Part shown: in pieces, positions 38,852-49,240 of the stretch
How the letters are laid out: the number at the start of each line of letters is the position of its first letter
How positions within the stretch are numbered: position 1 is the first letter of the stretch
IMG/VR virus record: IMGVR_UViG_3300009103_001934
Coordinates: 64,001 to 128,000 of that record
Strand: one strand, 5' to 3'
DNA length: 64,000 nt
Source: a virus
The notes under the pieces: model-generated
The model's database searches: none
The model's input: the letters and a program-made list of their open reading frames with translations, nothing else
Told to the model about the DNA's origin: nothing
Translations under genes and position numbers: made by a program

Positions 38852-39069
38852 AAAAAACAATACTAATAATGATCGTGGCCGTAGGCTTTTCTACGGGCTG
38901 TATAACTAAAACTGGAACCGGCGCGCTTGCTGGTGGAGCGTTAGGGGCGCTTGCTGGGCAAGCAATTGGCAAGGATACCAAGGGTACTTTAATCGGCGCA
39001 GGAGTTGGTGCTGCGCTGGGAGGAGCGCTAGGAAACCAAGAGGACGCGAAAGACAAGAACAAGAAATGA
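38848..39069 (+). CDS. Glycine-zipper lipoprotein
   Basis: STGC lipobox; GALAGGALGALAG...GAGVGAALGGALG. Confidence 0.8.
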   Translation: MKKTILIMIVAVGFSTGCITKTGTGALAGGALGALAGQAIGKDTKGTLIGAGVGAALGGALGNQEDAKDKNKK

Positions 39070-39225
39070 ATAAAGTTAAATGCGATATACTAATGGCTAT
39101 GTATAGGAGCGTCGATAGACAAAACTCACATATTGCACGGGGCAATCATGATAGCGCCGAAGCCGAAAAGTGGTTACAAGTCAATCTTCGTCATAATTTT
39201 AATGAAGTAGATAAAAGGAGAGACG

Positions 39226-39366
39226 ATGACTAAAAATAGCTTTGTTTATCAGCGCGAAGGAGTTAGGAAGAAAACTCGACAAGGAGCAGGAAGACGCAGT
39301 AAGGGTATGAAAAAATATAGGGGTCAAGGAGGGCCGCGAAAAAGATGTAAACTGTCTAAAAAATGA
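39226..39366 (+). CDS. Small basic protein (46 aa, not in ORF track)
   Basis: MTKNSFVYQREGVRKKTRQGAGRRSKGMKKYRGQGG...; AGGAG upstream; ATGA overlap with next gene. Confidence 0.55.
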   Translation: MTKNSFVYQREGVRKKTRQGAGRRSKGMKKYRGQGGPRKRCKLSKK

Positions 39367-40487
39367 GAGCAATAGTACTAGGAGTAGGGAGAATGGGGAC
39401 AGCCATCGCTTATGCGATGGACAAGTTTGGGTTTGAGGTGACAGGTATGGACACAAACCCAGATGCGGCAAAAAATATGCCGTTTAAAATAAATAATCAG
39501 CCCGACCCTAGAAATGACTTTTTCATCGTAAAGGACGCAGAAGACATTTGCGACGGAATAGTAGCGAGCGGGCCTAGGCCAGATGTTGTTATTAGTAGTT
39601 TACCCTATCACCAAACAGAAGTGGTGGGAAAATGGTGCGTGGATAATGAGGTTCGTTACTGTGACTTGGGGGGCAGAGTAGACGTTTCTAAAAATATTAA
39701 CGACCACGCTAAACAATTTGCTACTCGCCCAGTGTTTACGGATTTAGGTCTGGCCCCGGGTTGGGTAAATATTTTAGCCGAACAAGGGTACAAAGAACTA
39801 AACGGGCCAGCGGATGATACACATATTGAAATGATGGTCGGAGGTTTACCGGATTATTTAAAAAGCTCGAAAAACCCTTTGCGTTATGCAGTTACTTGGT
39901 CTGTTGACGGATTAATTAATGAATATAGGGATGATTGTCTCGTGCTTGAGAATGGGCAAATAAAAATCGTAAAAGGAATGGAGGGCTTAGAGCAAGTGGA
40001 GGGTGAAAAGTTCGGCCCGATGGAGGCTTTTTATACTAGCGGCGGAGCTTCGCATTCTATTTATTCCATGCAAGCTCGTGGGGTTAAGAATTGTTCATAT
40101 AAAACTCTGAGATATAAAGGGCATAGAGATATTGTTAAATTTTTGATTAGAGATTGCAATTTGGCTGACGAGACATTAAATAAAATTTTTCTTGAAGGCT
40201 GTGGGACGACAAATAAGGACGAGGTTATTATTGTAGCTAGAGTGAAAAGGGGCAATAGAGCTTGGGTGGAAGAAAAGGTTATTAAAGCTGATGATAAATT
40301 TACAGCTATGCAAAAAGCTACAGCGTTTTCAATTTCGTCTGTCGCAGCGATAATGGCTGAAGGAAAATTGGAGGGAAATAAAGAACAACACAGGGATTAT
40401 TGGACTCAATATCCAAAAGCTTTATCCTATGCGGACGTACCGTTTGATAAGTTTAATGCTAATTTAAAGTTTTTGTTGGAGCCATGA
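39363..40487 (+). CDS. Saccharopine dehydrogenase / lysine 6-dehydrogenase family
   Basis: LGVGRMG, YCDLGG, GLAPG, VGGLP, WSVDGL..EY, YKTLRY.GH. Confidence 0.85.
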   Translation: MRAIVLGVGRMGTAIAYAMDKFGFEVTGMDTNPDAAKNMPFKINNQPDPRNDFFIVKDAEDICDGIVASGPRPDVVISSLPYHQTEVVGKWCVDNEVRYCDLGGRVDVSKNINDHAKQFATRPVFTDLGLAPGWVNILAEQGYKELNGPADDTHIEMMVGGLPDYLKSSKNPLRYAVTWSVDGLINEYRDDCLVLENGQIKIVKGMEGLEQVEGEKFGPMEAFYTSGGASHSIYSMQARGVKNCSYKTLRYKGHRDIVKFLIRDCNLADETLNKIFLEGCGTTNKDEVIIVARVKRGNRAWVEEKVIKADDKFTAMQKATAFSISSVAAIMAEGKLEGNKEQHRDYWTQYPKALSYADVPFDKFNANLKFLLEP

Positions 40488-41194
40488 TTTTTAAAAGCTT
40501 TTCGACAGAAGGCCAAGATAAGTTTGTTTCTAATTTACTCGGCCCCTGCCCCTCCGGAGATTCATCGTTCGGCAAGAGGGGGTATTTTTTAGACGTGGGC
40601 TGTAGACACCCCGTATATTGTAATAACACTTTTGCTCTGGAGGAAGAACTTGAGTGGGGAGGATTACTCTTTGATATAAACGTGGGGCCGAGCTATAGAA
40701 GATGGATGCGCCGAAGACCTCACAGCAAAATCTATAAAGTAGACGTAGAAAGCGAGAGGTTTTTGCATATTTTAAAGGCAGAGTCTTTACCGTGTGTGGA
40801 TTATGTTTCTATTGATGTGGAAGGAGCCTCTCTTCAGGCGCTGTGTAACTTGTTAGACGCTGGAATTCAATTTAAGGTAATGACCATAGAGCATAATAGT
40901 TATCTTGACGGAATCAACAAAACCGGACAAAAAGGGCATAGACAAATTATGCGTAGACTATTGTTTTCTGAGGGCTATCACCTTTTGTTTGGAGACGTTC
41001 TTCTGGGAAGAAAGGGCGGGAGGTCTAAACTTTTTCATCGTAAAGATGGGTCTCGTTGGAGGAAGCCTGTCGGAAAGCCTTTCGAAGACTGGTGGGTTCA
41101 CCCTAACTTTTTTAACGAAAAAGTTTTAAATAAAGGAGGGAGTAATCTTTATTGGGAAGAGTGTACAAAAAGAGTTAGTGATTTGGGCATTTAA
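40484..41194 (+). CDS. FkbM-like methyltransferase
   Basis: SxEGQD, LDVGC, DYVSIDVEG, IEHN, EDWWV. Confidence 0.75.
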   Translation: MIFKSFSTEGQDKFVSNLLGPCPSGDSSFGKRGYFLDVGCRHPVYCNNTFALEEELEWGGLLFDINVGPSYRRWMRRRPHSKIYKVDVESERFLHILKAESLPCVDYVSIDVEGASLQALCNLLDAGIQFKVMTIEHNSYLDGINKTGQKGHRQIMRRLLFSEGYHLLFGDVLLGRKGGRSKLFHRKDGSRWRKPVGKPFEDWWVHPNFFNEKVLNKGGSNLYWEECTKRVSDLGI

Positions 41195-41375
41195 CCTGCT
41201 TTGCTACACCGTGTATACCTTCCCTTACTAGAACGCTTGTTCCACCGTGCAGATGGATTAAGGTCATACTACGTTGAGTAGAGTTATCTTCTTCAAGGTA
41301 TTGTACTTTGTTGCAATTAACAAATACTTCTTCCCCTTGCGGCCCTGTCAATTTAATTAGAGGTACATTATCCAT
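41175..41375 (-). CDS. FlbD-like small protein
   Basis: IKLTG..GEEVFVN...VQYLEE...TLI.L..G..V.V.E pattern. Confidence 0.55.
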   Translation of the reverse strand: MDNVPLIKLTGPQGEEVFVNCNKVQYLEEDNSTQRSMTLIHLHGGTSVLVREGIHGVAKQVKCPNH

Positions 41376-41390
41376 TTTCTATTATATACA

Positions 41391-41987
41391 CTATTTACGT
41401 TTTTTAGCAACTCTCTTTTTTGAGGCTCTCTTTTTGGGCGCTTTCTTCTTGCTTTTTTCTTCAGCTATCATGTCTTCAGTCTTTTTTCTCGCCAATTTCC
41501 AGCCAAAATACATAAGCGCCAAAAATCCTATAGCTACTAAATAAAACTTAAGTAGTTGTGGCCAATCTATTTTTACCTCAGAACCCTCTTGCGGCCCAGC
41601 TATCTCTGGTTCAGTAGGGAGGGTTACATTTACGTTGTTTTCATTCCCCACGTTTTTAAGGTCTTCAATAAGGATTTCGGCGGGAGATAGTTTTGCCTCT
41701 TTTACTGTCGGCTCGAAAGGGGTAGGTTTACCTATGGCTGATTCTGGCTTAACGTAAGCGGGTTTAGCTATGGCTGATTTCGGTTCAACTGGAACGGGCT
41801 TACTCTTAACGGGTTCTATCTTTACGGGCTTGAGTTTGTAAATACCATTTGGCTGGCGAATTAGCTCCGAGCTAGTAATTGTTCTACCCGTGGTGCTGGC
41901 ATCAACTGTCCTGCCTCCCTTGATGCACCCAGAACAGGTTATTAGCATCGCAATTAAAATAAATAAAATTAATCCCGACAACTTCAT
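41391..41987 (-). CDS. Lipoprotein with C-terminal TM (u-spanin-like architecture)
   Basis: MKLSG...CSGC lipobox, Pro/Lys-rich linker, TM, basic tail. Confidence 0.6.
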   Translation of the reverse strand: MKLSGLILFILIAMLITCSGCIKGGRTVDASTTGRTITSSELIRQPNGIYKLKPVKIEPVKSKPVPVEPKSAIAKPAYVKPESAIGKPTPFEPTVKEAKLSPAEILIEDLKNVGNENNVNVTLPTEPEIAGPQEGSEVKIDWPQLLKFYLVAIGFLALMYFGWKLARKKTEDMIAEEKSKKKAPKKRASKKRVAKKRK

Positions 41988-42015
41988 TATGTCTACTTTT
42001 TGAAATATATTCATG

Positions 42016-42447
42016 TTAACTCACTTTCGCACTTGCATTACCGAAATAAAAACCGATAATGGCGGTTAATGTCTGACGAACTTCTGGAACCATTAAGTAT
42101 CCGTCTAATTCAACGAACTTAATTTCAGTTCCTCCACCAAACAATCCCCACAAAAAAGTACCTCCCGTTTCTTCTATTTGGACAATCGTAGATTGACCCA
42201 TCATCGAAAGGATAAAGGGGGCCAAAATAACCCCAAATAAAACACATACGACGATTGCTCGGCGTACCCATTTTCCAAACTCTACGGGGACTCGTTTCGC
42301 AGCGGCATCGGCGCTTTCTAACTCTGCTTTTTTGGTTCCAATAGCGATTTCGTAAAGCTGCGACCTTTCTTTAGCTCGTTCAGCCATGTATCTAAATATG
42401 AAGCCGGTAATAGCCCCACCCGCCATAGTTAGTAGTTCAATAGGCAT
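42016..42447 (-). CDS. Holin-like membrane protein
   Basis: Hydrophobic segments ending IIGFYFG. Confidence 0.5.
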   Translation of the reverse strand: MPIELLTMAGGAITGFIFRYMAERAKERSQLYEIAIGTKKAELESADAAAKRVPVEFGKWVRRAIVVCVLFGVILAPFILSMMGQSTIVQIEETGGTFLWGLFGGGTEIKFVELDGYLMVPEVRQTLTAIIGFYFGNASAKVS

Positions 42448-42483
42448 ATACTATAATACACCTGAAAAGTTTGAAGAATTAGC

Positions 42484-42512
42484 TTGACCAAATAAAGGAA
42501 ATAAAGTATCAT
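42484..42512 (+). promoter_or_regulatory. sigma70-type promoter (leaderless)
   Basis: TTGACC-N17-TATCAT; ATG 7 nt downstream. Confidence 0.75.
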
Positions 42513-42518
42513 TAAAGT

Positions 42519-43160
42519 ATGAAAAAAGTGACATTAACTGATTTGAACGGGAAAGAGATAGAAGTATATTTTGCAGATGATAAAACAGTGAAAAGCGTGA
42601 AACATAGTGATAACTATGAAGTAAAGATTGAGGATGTTCCCACAGACCAGAATTGGTTTGAAATGACGGGGGGAAAACCTGCCGTTGGCGAGTGTGGGTC
42701 TGATTATGATGACCCTGACCATCCCCTAAATAAGCATGATGAAGGCCAAACGTACTGGTTTAGCGGGGGTGAGCAAGACGTAAACGAAAATAGCGCATGG
42801 TGCGGCGCGGGTGATGAGGACTGCGGAAAAGAAACGAAAGAAAATTTTTACCAAAAGTTAAATAAACAGTGGCTAAATAAAGCAAACAAGCTTGAACAGT
42901 CTGGGAGCCAAATAAAGATAGACGATACGATTCCTAGCGATTTTCTTGAAACGCTGGAGCTACGCCCCCAATCAATTTACAGAGTAGCGGGATTGGATTT
43001 GCTCGCAAAATTTGTGGGTAGTTTTTCCACGGTAGTACCCGATGGTAATAAAATCTTGCTTCAAATGAAAAGACATGGTACTATATTCTATGTAGAAGAA
43101 GACAGCTTAATGAAAGCTACTGACCTAGAGGTACAAACCTATCTCGAAGAATCTAAATAA
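42519..43160 (+). CDS. Hypothetical protein
   Basis: 213 aa ORF. Confidence 0.7.
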   Translation: MKKVTLTDLNGKEIEVYFADDKTVKSVKHSDNYEVKIEDVPTDQNWFEMTGGKPAVGECGSDYDDPDHPLNKHDEGQTYWFSGGEQDVNENSAWCGAGDEDCGKETKENFYQKLNKQWLNKANKLEQSGSQIKIDDTIPSDFLETLELRPQSIYRVAGLDLLAKFVGSFSTVVPDGNKILLQMKRHGTIFYVEEDSLMKATDLEVQTYLEESK

Positions 43161-43180
43161 ATAAATAAATAAATAAATAA
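43154..43180. repeat. (TAAA)n microsatellite
   Basis: About 6.75 tandem TAAA units between genes. Confidence 0.8.
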
Positions 43181-43184
43181 GACT

Positions 43185-43478
43185 ATGGAAACTAACGAAG
43201 TAAATCCCACGGAAGAATGCAAAGATTGCGACAACAAGCCCAATTTTTCCGAAATGAGCAAGCAGGAACAAAACTGGATGCTTATGACGATTTTGCAAAT
43301 GCCTTGGCATCATGCAAATAAAATTGAAGATGAGTCCGATAGGCTTTTTCTTTTGAAGAAGGCGCAGGAGATTCAAATCTTTATGCAGCAACAAGAGCAG
43401 ATGAGGATGCAGCAACAGCAGATGCAAGAGCAACAGGACATTATTATGCCTCCCCCATCTTCAATCGTTACCCCGTAA
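43185..43478 (+). CDS. Hypothetical Q/M-rich protein
   Basis: MQQQEQMRMQQQQMQEQQ. Confidence 0.6.
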   Translation: METNEVNPTEECKDCDNKPNFSEMSKQEQNWMLMTILQMPWHHANKIEDESDRLFLLKKAQEIQIFMQQQEQMRMQQQQMQEQQDIIMPPPSSIVTP

Positions 43479-43484
43479 ATAAGA

Positions 43485-43790
43485 ATGAAAACATTTATTG
43501 TCGTAGGCAACCAGTGGGAGCGCAAAATCGAGATAGATGAAAGTGACTTTGAAAAGTACGGAGACATGGCGATGGAAGCGATGACCCGTGTGACAGAGAG
43601 TATTCTTAATGATGAAGAAGAAACGATGTGGGGTTTTATATTAATGACTTATGAAGAAGGCTATAAAGATGACCCCGATAAGACGGTTGCGTGTTTGTGT
43701 GAGATAGTGTTTAGAAATGCGGGTTATCATACCCTTGCAGACCAAGCGCGTAAACAAGCGCAAAAAATGATAGAAGATAGCACTAATTAA
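43485..43790 (+). CDS. Hypothetical protein
   Basis: 101 aa ORF. Confidence 0.6.
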   Translation: MKTFIVVGNQWERKIEIDESDFEKYGDMAMEAMTRVTESILNDEEETMWGFILMTYEEGYKDDPDKTVACLCEIVFRNAGYHTLADQARKQAQKMIEDSTN

Positions 43791-43800
43791 ATTAATTAAA

Positions 43801-43995
43801 ATGAACCAATTAAAAGTATTCATTAAATCGGACAGGGTTAATGAGAGATTTGAAGGGGTCTGGGAGTGTTTTGTTACCACAGAGGAACTAGAGACTTACA
43901 AGATTACATTTGAGCAACTTGCTAGACCTACGTTAGACGAGGTAAAGCTCATGTTTATACAGAATAAAGATAATTTTGAAAAAGTAGAAGATTAA
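43801..43995 (+). CDS. Hypothetical protein
   Basis: ORF after the AT-rich motif. Confidence 0.55.
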   Translation: MNQLKVFIKSDRVNERFEGVWECFVTTEELETYKITFEQLARPTLDEVKLMFIQNKDNFEKVED

Positions 43996-44044
43996 TTGTC
44001 AAAAAGTGCTTGACTTCATTTTGGATATACCGCATAATGAGGTC

Positions 44045-44794
44045 ATGCAAGCAAAACAACTCGACTTTATCGGAACGCCGAAGATTGAAAGGGGCGTTGA
44101 GCAATTTGATTTGTGGGGAGATGATTGGAAACCCACAAAGATTCGTAATGATGTAGATTTCAGTAAGGTCGATGCCTTATTCAACTCTTTCGACATGAAA
44201 GAGGTTGAGACTTACAAGACTTACTGGGAAACCATCAAGCCAAAGAATGAGACAGAGATGTTTCAGCGTTGGCTATTCGCTTTTATGTCCGTCCATACCA
44301 GTTGGGAATCCAACGTGCGAGGATACCTCGCGGTTAAGGATTGGACTAAATGGGTAAACCGCGACGATGAGCTTGAACGACTACTCGTAGAGAGTCGAGT
44401 AGGCTTGCATAAAAATCGTACAAGATTTGTCTCGCAGTTTGCCCATCACTTTTGGAGCAACCCCGAAGAATATAAGTATGATGGAGGGAACTGGCAAGAG
44501 TTCCGCAACAAGTTAGTGAAGAAGATACTCGGACTTGGGATTGCGAAGGTATCATTTGGATTTGAAATGATTTATCCTAATGAAGCGGAAGTGACCTGTA
44601 TGGACACTCACCTCTTTCAAGCGTATGGACTCGACCAGAGTAAGGACGCTACGAGGTATATGGAGATTGAGAATTATTGGCTGGATATGTGTCGTATGTG
44701 GAATGTGCCGTCTACGATTGCCCGTGCAATCTTGTGGGACAGGAAGCAAGACCAAGCTGATAGCAGATATTGGACTTATGTATTGGAGGATTAA
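44045..44794 (+). CDS. HhH-GPD DNA glycosylase/lyase-like
   Basis: ILGLGIAK (HhH), CMDTH; leaderless start behind TTGACT-N17-CATAAT (44010-44038). Confidence 0.7.
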   Translation: MQAKQLDFIGTPKIERGVEQFDLWGDDWKPTKIRNDVDFSKVDALFNSFDMKEVETYKTYWETIKPKNETEMFQRWLFAFMSVHTSWESNVRGYLAVKDWTKWVNRDDELERLLVESRVGLHKNRTRFVSQFAHHFWSNPEEYKYDGGNWQEFRNKLVKKILGLGIAKVSFGFEMIYPNEAEVTCMDTHLFQAYGLDQSKDATRYMEIENYWLDMCRMWNVPSTIARAILWDRKQDQADSRYWTYVLED

Positions 44795-45235
44795 GAATGT
44801 TATTTAGATACGAACACGCCGCCCGAACTTGGGCATATCAACAGAAACAGTGGTATGGCAGAACAGTCAAAGTAATTGAGATTAAAGAAACTCCAGAAGG
44901 AGCAAGATGGAAAGTATTATGAGAGAACCAGACGGAAGTATGTTTATTATTGGGGTCTTAATTGTCTGCGCTATTGTTATAGCAGTAATAGGACTTGGTT
45001 GGGAGGCTTATTTAGCATGGTATATTAGAAACTAAAAATGAAACAATACTGGATTCAAAAAAGGTACGAGGACGGCAAGAAGCGATGGGAACTCACTGTC
45101 GCTCAATTTAGGAGCGGCGACCCCGATGCAGTCCGTAGAGCATACGAGCCGCAAGCAAAGGCTTTTAATTATGAGATACTCGATGTGAAGGAATATATTA
45201 TTAGATACGAATAGAGAATTAAATTAATTAAAATT

Positions 45236-46459
45236 ATGAGTTATTGGGAAGAATTAGTTAAGCGAGAACAGAATATGAAAAAACTACCTACACTATACAA
45301 AAAGACCACTATTGGTAAAACACAAACTTGGGAAATCGAGGTGGACGGGAATAAGTTCCGTACTATTTCTGGACAAGCAGACGGCAAGAAGGTCGTAAAC
45401 AACTGGACTGTTTGCGAAGGTAAGAATGTGGGAAAGAAAAATGCTACCACTGGTGAGGAACAAGCACTCAAAGAAGCAGAGGCGAAGCACAAGAAAAAGC
45501 TGGAGGCTGGATACCACTTGAACCTCAAGAATATCAGTAAGAAGCGTTTCTATGAGCCTATGCTCGCACAGGATTTCAAGAACAAGAATCGCCAGAAGGA
45601 GGTAATGTTTGAGATTGATGAGGAGGGCATCGGTGCGCCTGTATTCTCTCAACCCAAACTGGACGGCATACGTTGTATCGCCATGCGCGAAGGATTGTTT
45701 ACCCGTACTGGTAAGGAGATTACTGCCGTGCCTCATATCCATGAGGAACTGGAACCTTTCTTTGAGAAGTATCCTAATGCTGTTCTTGACGGTGAATTGT
45801 ATAATCATGCTTACAAAGATGATTTCAACAAAATCATTCATCTCGTTCGCAAGCAGAATCTTACTGACGAGCATTTGGAGGAGAGTAAGAAGATGATTCA
45901 GTATCATATTTATGATGCGCCCGTGATTGGTAGTGGACGATACGCTATGACAGAAAAGGATTCATTTTCGGATAGAACCTCCACGTTAGATGGATTTTTT
46001 AGGTATTTGAATAAACCGAACTTGAATACCAAGTACGATGATGCTCTCGTTATTGTCGAGACTACCGAAGTGGACGGTAAAGAGCATCTCGACGAACTGT
46101 ATGGAGAATATATTGAGCATGGTTACGAAGGGCAAATGATTAGACTCGATGGCCCTTACGAGAATAAACGCTCGCCAAGGTTGCTAAAACGCAAGGAGTT
46201 TATTGACGAAGAATATACTATTCTTGGATACGAAGAAGGCGAAGGTAATCGTGCTGGAACCATTAAACACTTCAAATTCAAAAACAAGGACGGCAGAGAG
46301 TTTAATTCAAATGTGAAAGGCTCATTTTCGTACTTGACAAAACTACTGGAAATCGGGGATACTCTAATAGGTAAGGACGCGACGATTAAGTATTTTAATC
46401 TCACGCCAGACGGTGTACCTCGCTTCCCGTATGTAATCGCAATCAGAGACTACGAATAA
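45236..46459 (+). CDS. ATP-dependent DNA ligase
   Basis: PMLA, QPKLDGIR, LDGELY, YEGQMIR, LLKRK; start may be 45275. Confidence 0.92.
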   Translation: MSYWEELVKREQNMKKLPTLYKKTTIGKTQTWEIEVDGNKFRTISGQADGKKVVNNWTVCEGKNVGKKNATTGEEQALKEAEAKHKKKLEAGYHLNLKNISKKRFYEPMLAQDFKNKNRQKEVMFEIDEEGIGAPVFSQPKLDGIRCIAMREGLFTRTGKEITAVPHIHEELEPFFEKYPNAVLDGELYNHAYKDDFNKIIHLVRKQNLTDEHLEESKKMIQYHIYDAPVIGSGRYAMTEKDSFSDRTSTLDGFFRYLNKPNLNTKYDDALVIVETTEVDGKEHLDELYGEYIEHGYEGQMIRLDGPYENKRSPRLLKRKEFIDEEYTILGYEEGEGNRAGTIKHFKFKNKDGREFNSNVKGSFSYLTKLLEIGDTLIGKDATIKYFNLTPDGVPRFPYVIAIRDYE

Positions 46460-46460
46460 A

Positions 46461-48405
46461 ATGAAAGACTACGAGATAGTGGACAAGGATGACGGTTATT
46501 GGGTTATTGACGAAACAGGCTACGCTCAAGGCCCATACGATAACATTAAAGACTGCCATGACGATATTCCAATAACGGCAAATGTTCAATATCCTTTGCC
46601 TACGTTTGGTAGTCTGCTTGAAGAAATGAGAGACTATCCCCACAGGGACAACCACATGGATTAATTTATGAAACTAAAATGGGAAAAAAATACACGGGTA
46701 ATGGGTCTTGTCAATCAAGGTAAAATTGATGCCAAGGACGTTATAGAACGCACACAAACTGCGAACTTTCCTGCTGGAGCAGCAACGGTAAGACTGCGAA
46801 TGGTAAGAGAGAAGAAACCATTTGTCACGGTTCACATTCGCGGCAAGTCAGACATTAGGAAGCATCCTTGGGGAAGCTACGAGTACGCTCCGACTTGTCG
46901 AATCAATTTCGGAGGTGCATGGCAAGGTACGCCCAACGAGTTCATGGATTCAAATGGACAGTTGGATGCGGATTTGAATTGGCTCGACGTACACAACGTA
47001 GTCGAACGCGCAAAACAAGCACTTGGAATCTAATTAAATTAATTAAAATGGGATACAAGATACTAGACGTTAAAGCAGACATTCACGAAGATATTGAAAG
47101 GTACTTTGAGGAAAAATGGCCCCAACTACGAGAGTTCGGTTGGAAAAACCAACTAGAGGGGGATGTTCTCGACATAGTAGACGAACACTTTGAAAAAATC
47201 GAGCGATGAGAAACTACGAATTAATTAAGGCAATCTACGATAGATGCCCAGATGCAACAGACCATCCTTATACCATAGACCAATACTTTGACCGTTGCCA
47301 AGACATTATAGACATGATTGAGCGCGAAAGACCAGAACTTAAAAGTAAGAATCATTACCCACAACAAGAAGCAGGAATAGATTACTAATTATGCCAGAAT
47401 CAAAGCATCACAGAAAAGGCAGGAGTCACAGTCAGTGGCGTAAGGCTCGGAATAATCGTCGCGCAAACGAAAGGCAGCGTAAAGCAGCAGAGAGGCGCGG
47501 AATGGTAAAAGCGATGGAGTTAATGCGTCAACAATATGAAAGTGAGAAAGTTGTTGACATTAAATCGGAAAGCGAATAGAATTACAAAAGATGACTGATA
47601 AAGAAATCCTAAACGAAGTTTACGCTCGTCTAAATTTGAAAACGGACAATAGCTTTGAAGTCCATACTTTCAAGTCGATTACTGAATTTATTGAGAGAGA
47701 ATGGCAGAAGCAAGACGAGCAGGAATACGATGAAACCGTCCCTAGTTTTAGTAAACAGTGGTACACGGATGTTCGTGATATGGAACGTCATCGCGGATTG
47801 GAAATCGGGCCTGACGGCACAGTGATGGAGGTCAAATGAATTTTAATATAGAAAAGATAGATAGTCTGTATTACATCACCGATAGCGTGATGACCACTCC
47901 ACCATGCGTAGATAGATATGGGCCTTTTAAGACCTACAAAGAAGCAACTAATTTTATGGAAGAACAACTATCAATACTAAAAGAATACGGAGAATAAAAT
48001 GACCAAAGGATTTATTATTTTAATTATTTTAATTACGAGTGGGTGCTGCTGCTTATGCGAGAAAGAACCAGAGTTTAAGCCTCTGCCGCCCGAAAAGTTG
48101 CATGACCTACTTCATATCAGCAACAATTACGCTTACAAAAGCGTTACAAAAGAAGATTATGATATAGAAGATTTCTGCTCGACAGAAGGCTAAAAGAATA
48201 GTACCTTATGAAAACATTAAAGAGAAAGAATAAAGGGAAACAAGAATATAAGCGAGTCTTTGACATCGTTGCAGACAACATGGTTAAAAACCAAGGATGG
48301 GCATACTGCCCCAAGTCTGAATGGCGCGAGAAGGTGCGAGACGCTAAACCAGTAGAGACTAAAAAGAAAGTGAGTAAGAAGCGTGACAGAAAAGCAAAAA
48401 ACTAA
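46461..48405 (+). CDS. Run of small hypothetical genes (46461-46664, 46668-47033, 47048-47209, 47206-47388, 47391-47579, 47591-47839, 47999-48193 lipoprotein-like, 48208-48405)
   Basis: Tightly packed co-oriented short ORFs; promoter TTGACA-N17-TAGAAT at 47554-47582. Confidence 0.55.
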
Positions 48406-48744
48406 ACAGTACCTAGATAGTATGTTGAGCGATAGTCTCCAAGAGACACTTGAACGTAAGGCTCAATCCTACAAGAAAAAGGGTTTGGAGAAACAGGCCA
48501 AGAAGATTCGCGCCTTCAAAAAGGATGTGCGGAAAATGGTAGGTTCACTATGAGCGACGAAGGTTCAAGAAATCGGAGCGGAAAATATAGGCAACCTTAT
48601 TGCCAGCCTATTGACAATCCCGAAATTCCAAGTAAAAAGGATTGGTGGCAGGAGGTTTGCGATGCAGCAGGAGAAAAAAATTATTGGGTAAAAAACAAGA
48701 ATAAAGTTGACAAAGAAAGCTAATTATATTATTTTTATTAAACT

Positions 48745-48951
48745 ATGAAAACATTAAAGTTGACATTACATAACGAAAAGCCGATTGTGCTTAACATGGA
48801 CAAGTTCATTCACGCTATGACTATTCGTGACGAAGCTGAAGAAGGGGAGACGCAAGAGCATACCCGACTTCTTTTCGAGGGCGAACAGGAAATTGATGTG
48901 AAAGAGTCTCTTGAAGATGTGAGTACGAAAGTGTGGGAACTTAAAGAGTAA
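48745..48951 (+). CDS. FlbD-like small protein, second copy
   Basis: LKLT..N..PIVLN...I......T.L...G....VKESLEDV. Confidence 0.45.
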   Translation: MKTLKLTLHNEKPIVLNMDKFIHAMTIRDEAEEGETQEHTRLLFEGEQEIDVKESLEDVSTKVWELKE

Positions 48952-48969
48952 TTAAATTAATTTAATTTC

Positions 48970-49209
48970 GTGTCTAAAGAGATTAAAAATCTTCACAGGC
49001 GCAGAAAAAGGCTCGGCTTGAGCCTACTGCGCTATTTTCATGCTTTTATGGCAGGGTATGGAGACAAAAGAACAAGTAAGGACTGTCCATACGAAACAGA
49101 GTCTTTGAGTAAAGCCTATTGGGAAGGCAGAAAAACTAGGATGAATTATGATGGTTTGACTGGATGTGGCTTTATAGCAAAAAAGACCTTGACTCCATAT
49201 CGGGATTAG
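48970..49209 (+). CDS. Hypothetical protein
   Basis: AFMAGY..K...CPY......AYWEG, loosely Rmf-like. Confidence 0.5.
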   Translation: MSKEIKNLHRRRKRLGLSLLRYFHAFMAGYGDKRTSKDCPYETESLSKAYWEGRKTRMNYDGLTGCGFIAKKTLTPYRD

Positions 49210-49240
49210 ACTATACTGGTCTTACAGTTAAGCAAAACCT

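Noticed and set aside
1-43000. Bacterial capsule/LPS locus or eukaryotic giant virus origin
   Set aside because: No wzx/wzy/ABC export genes are present. Bacterial sigma70 promoters, tmRNA, rIIA/B and short dispersed genes indicate a bacteriophage.
43154-43180. Phase-variable switch at the (TAAA)n tract
   Set aside because: It is intergenic, not between -35 and -10 boxes, and there is no evidence of length variation.
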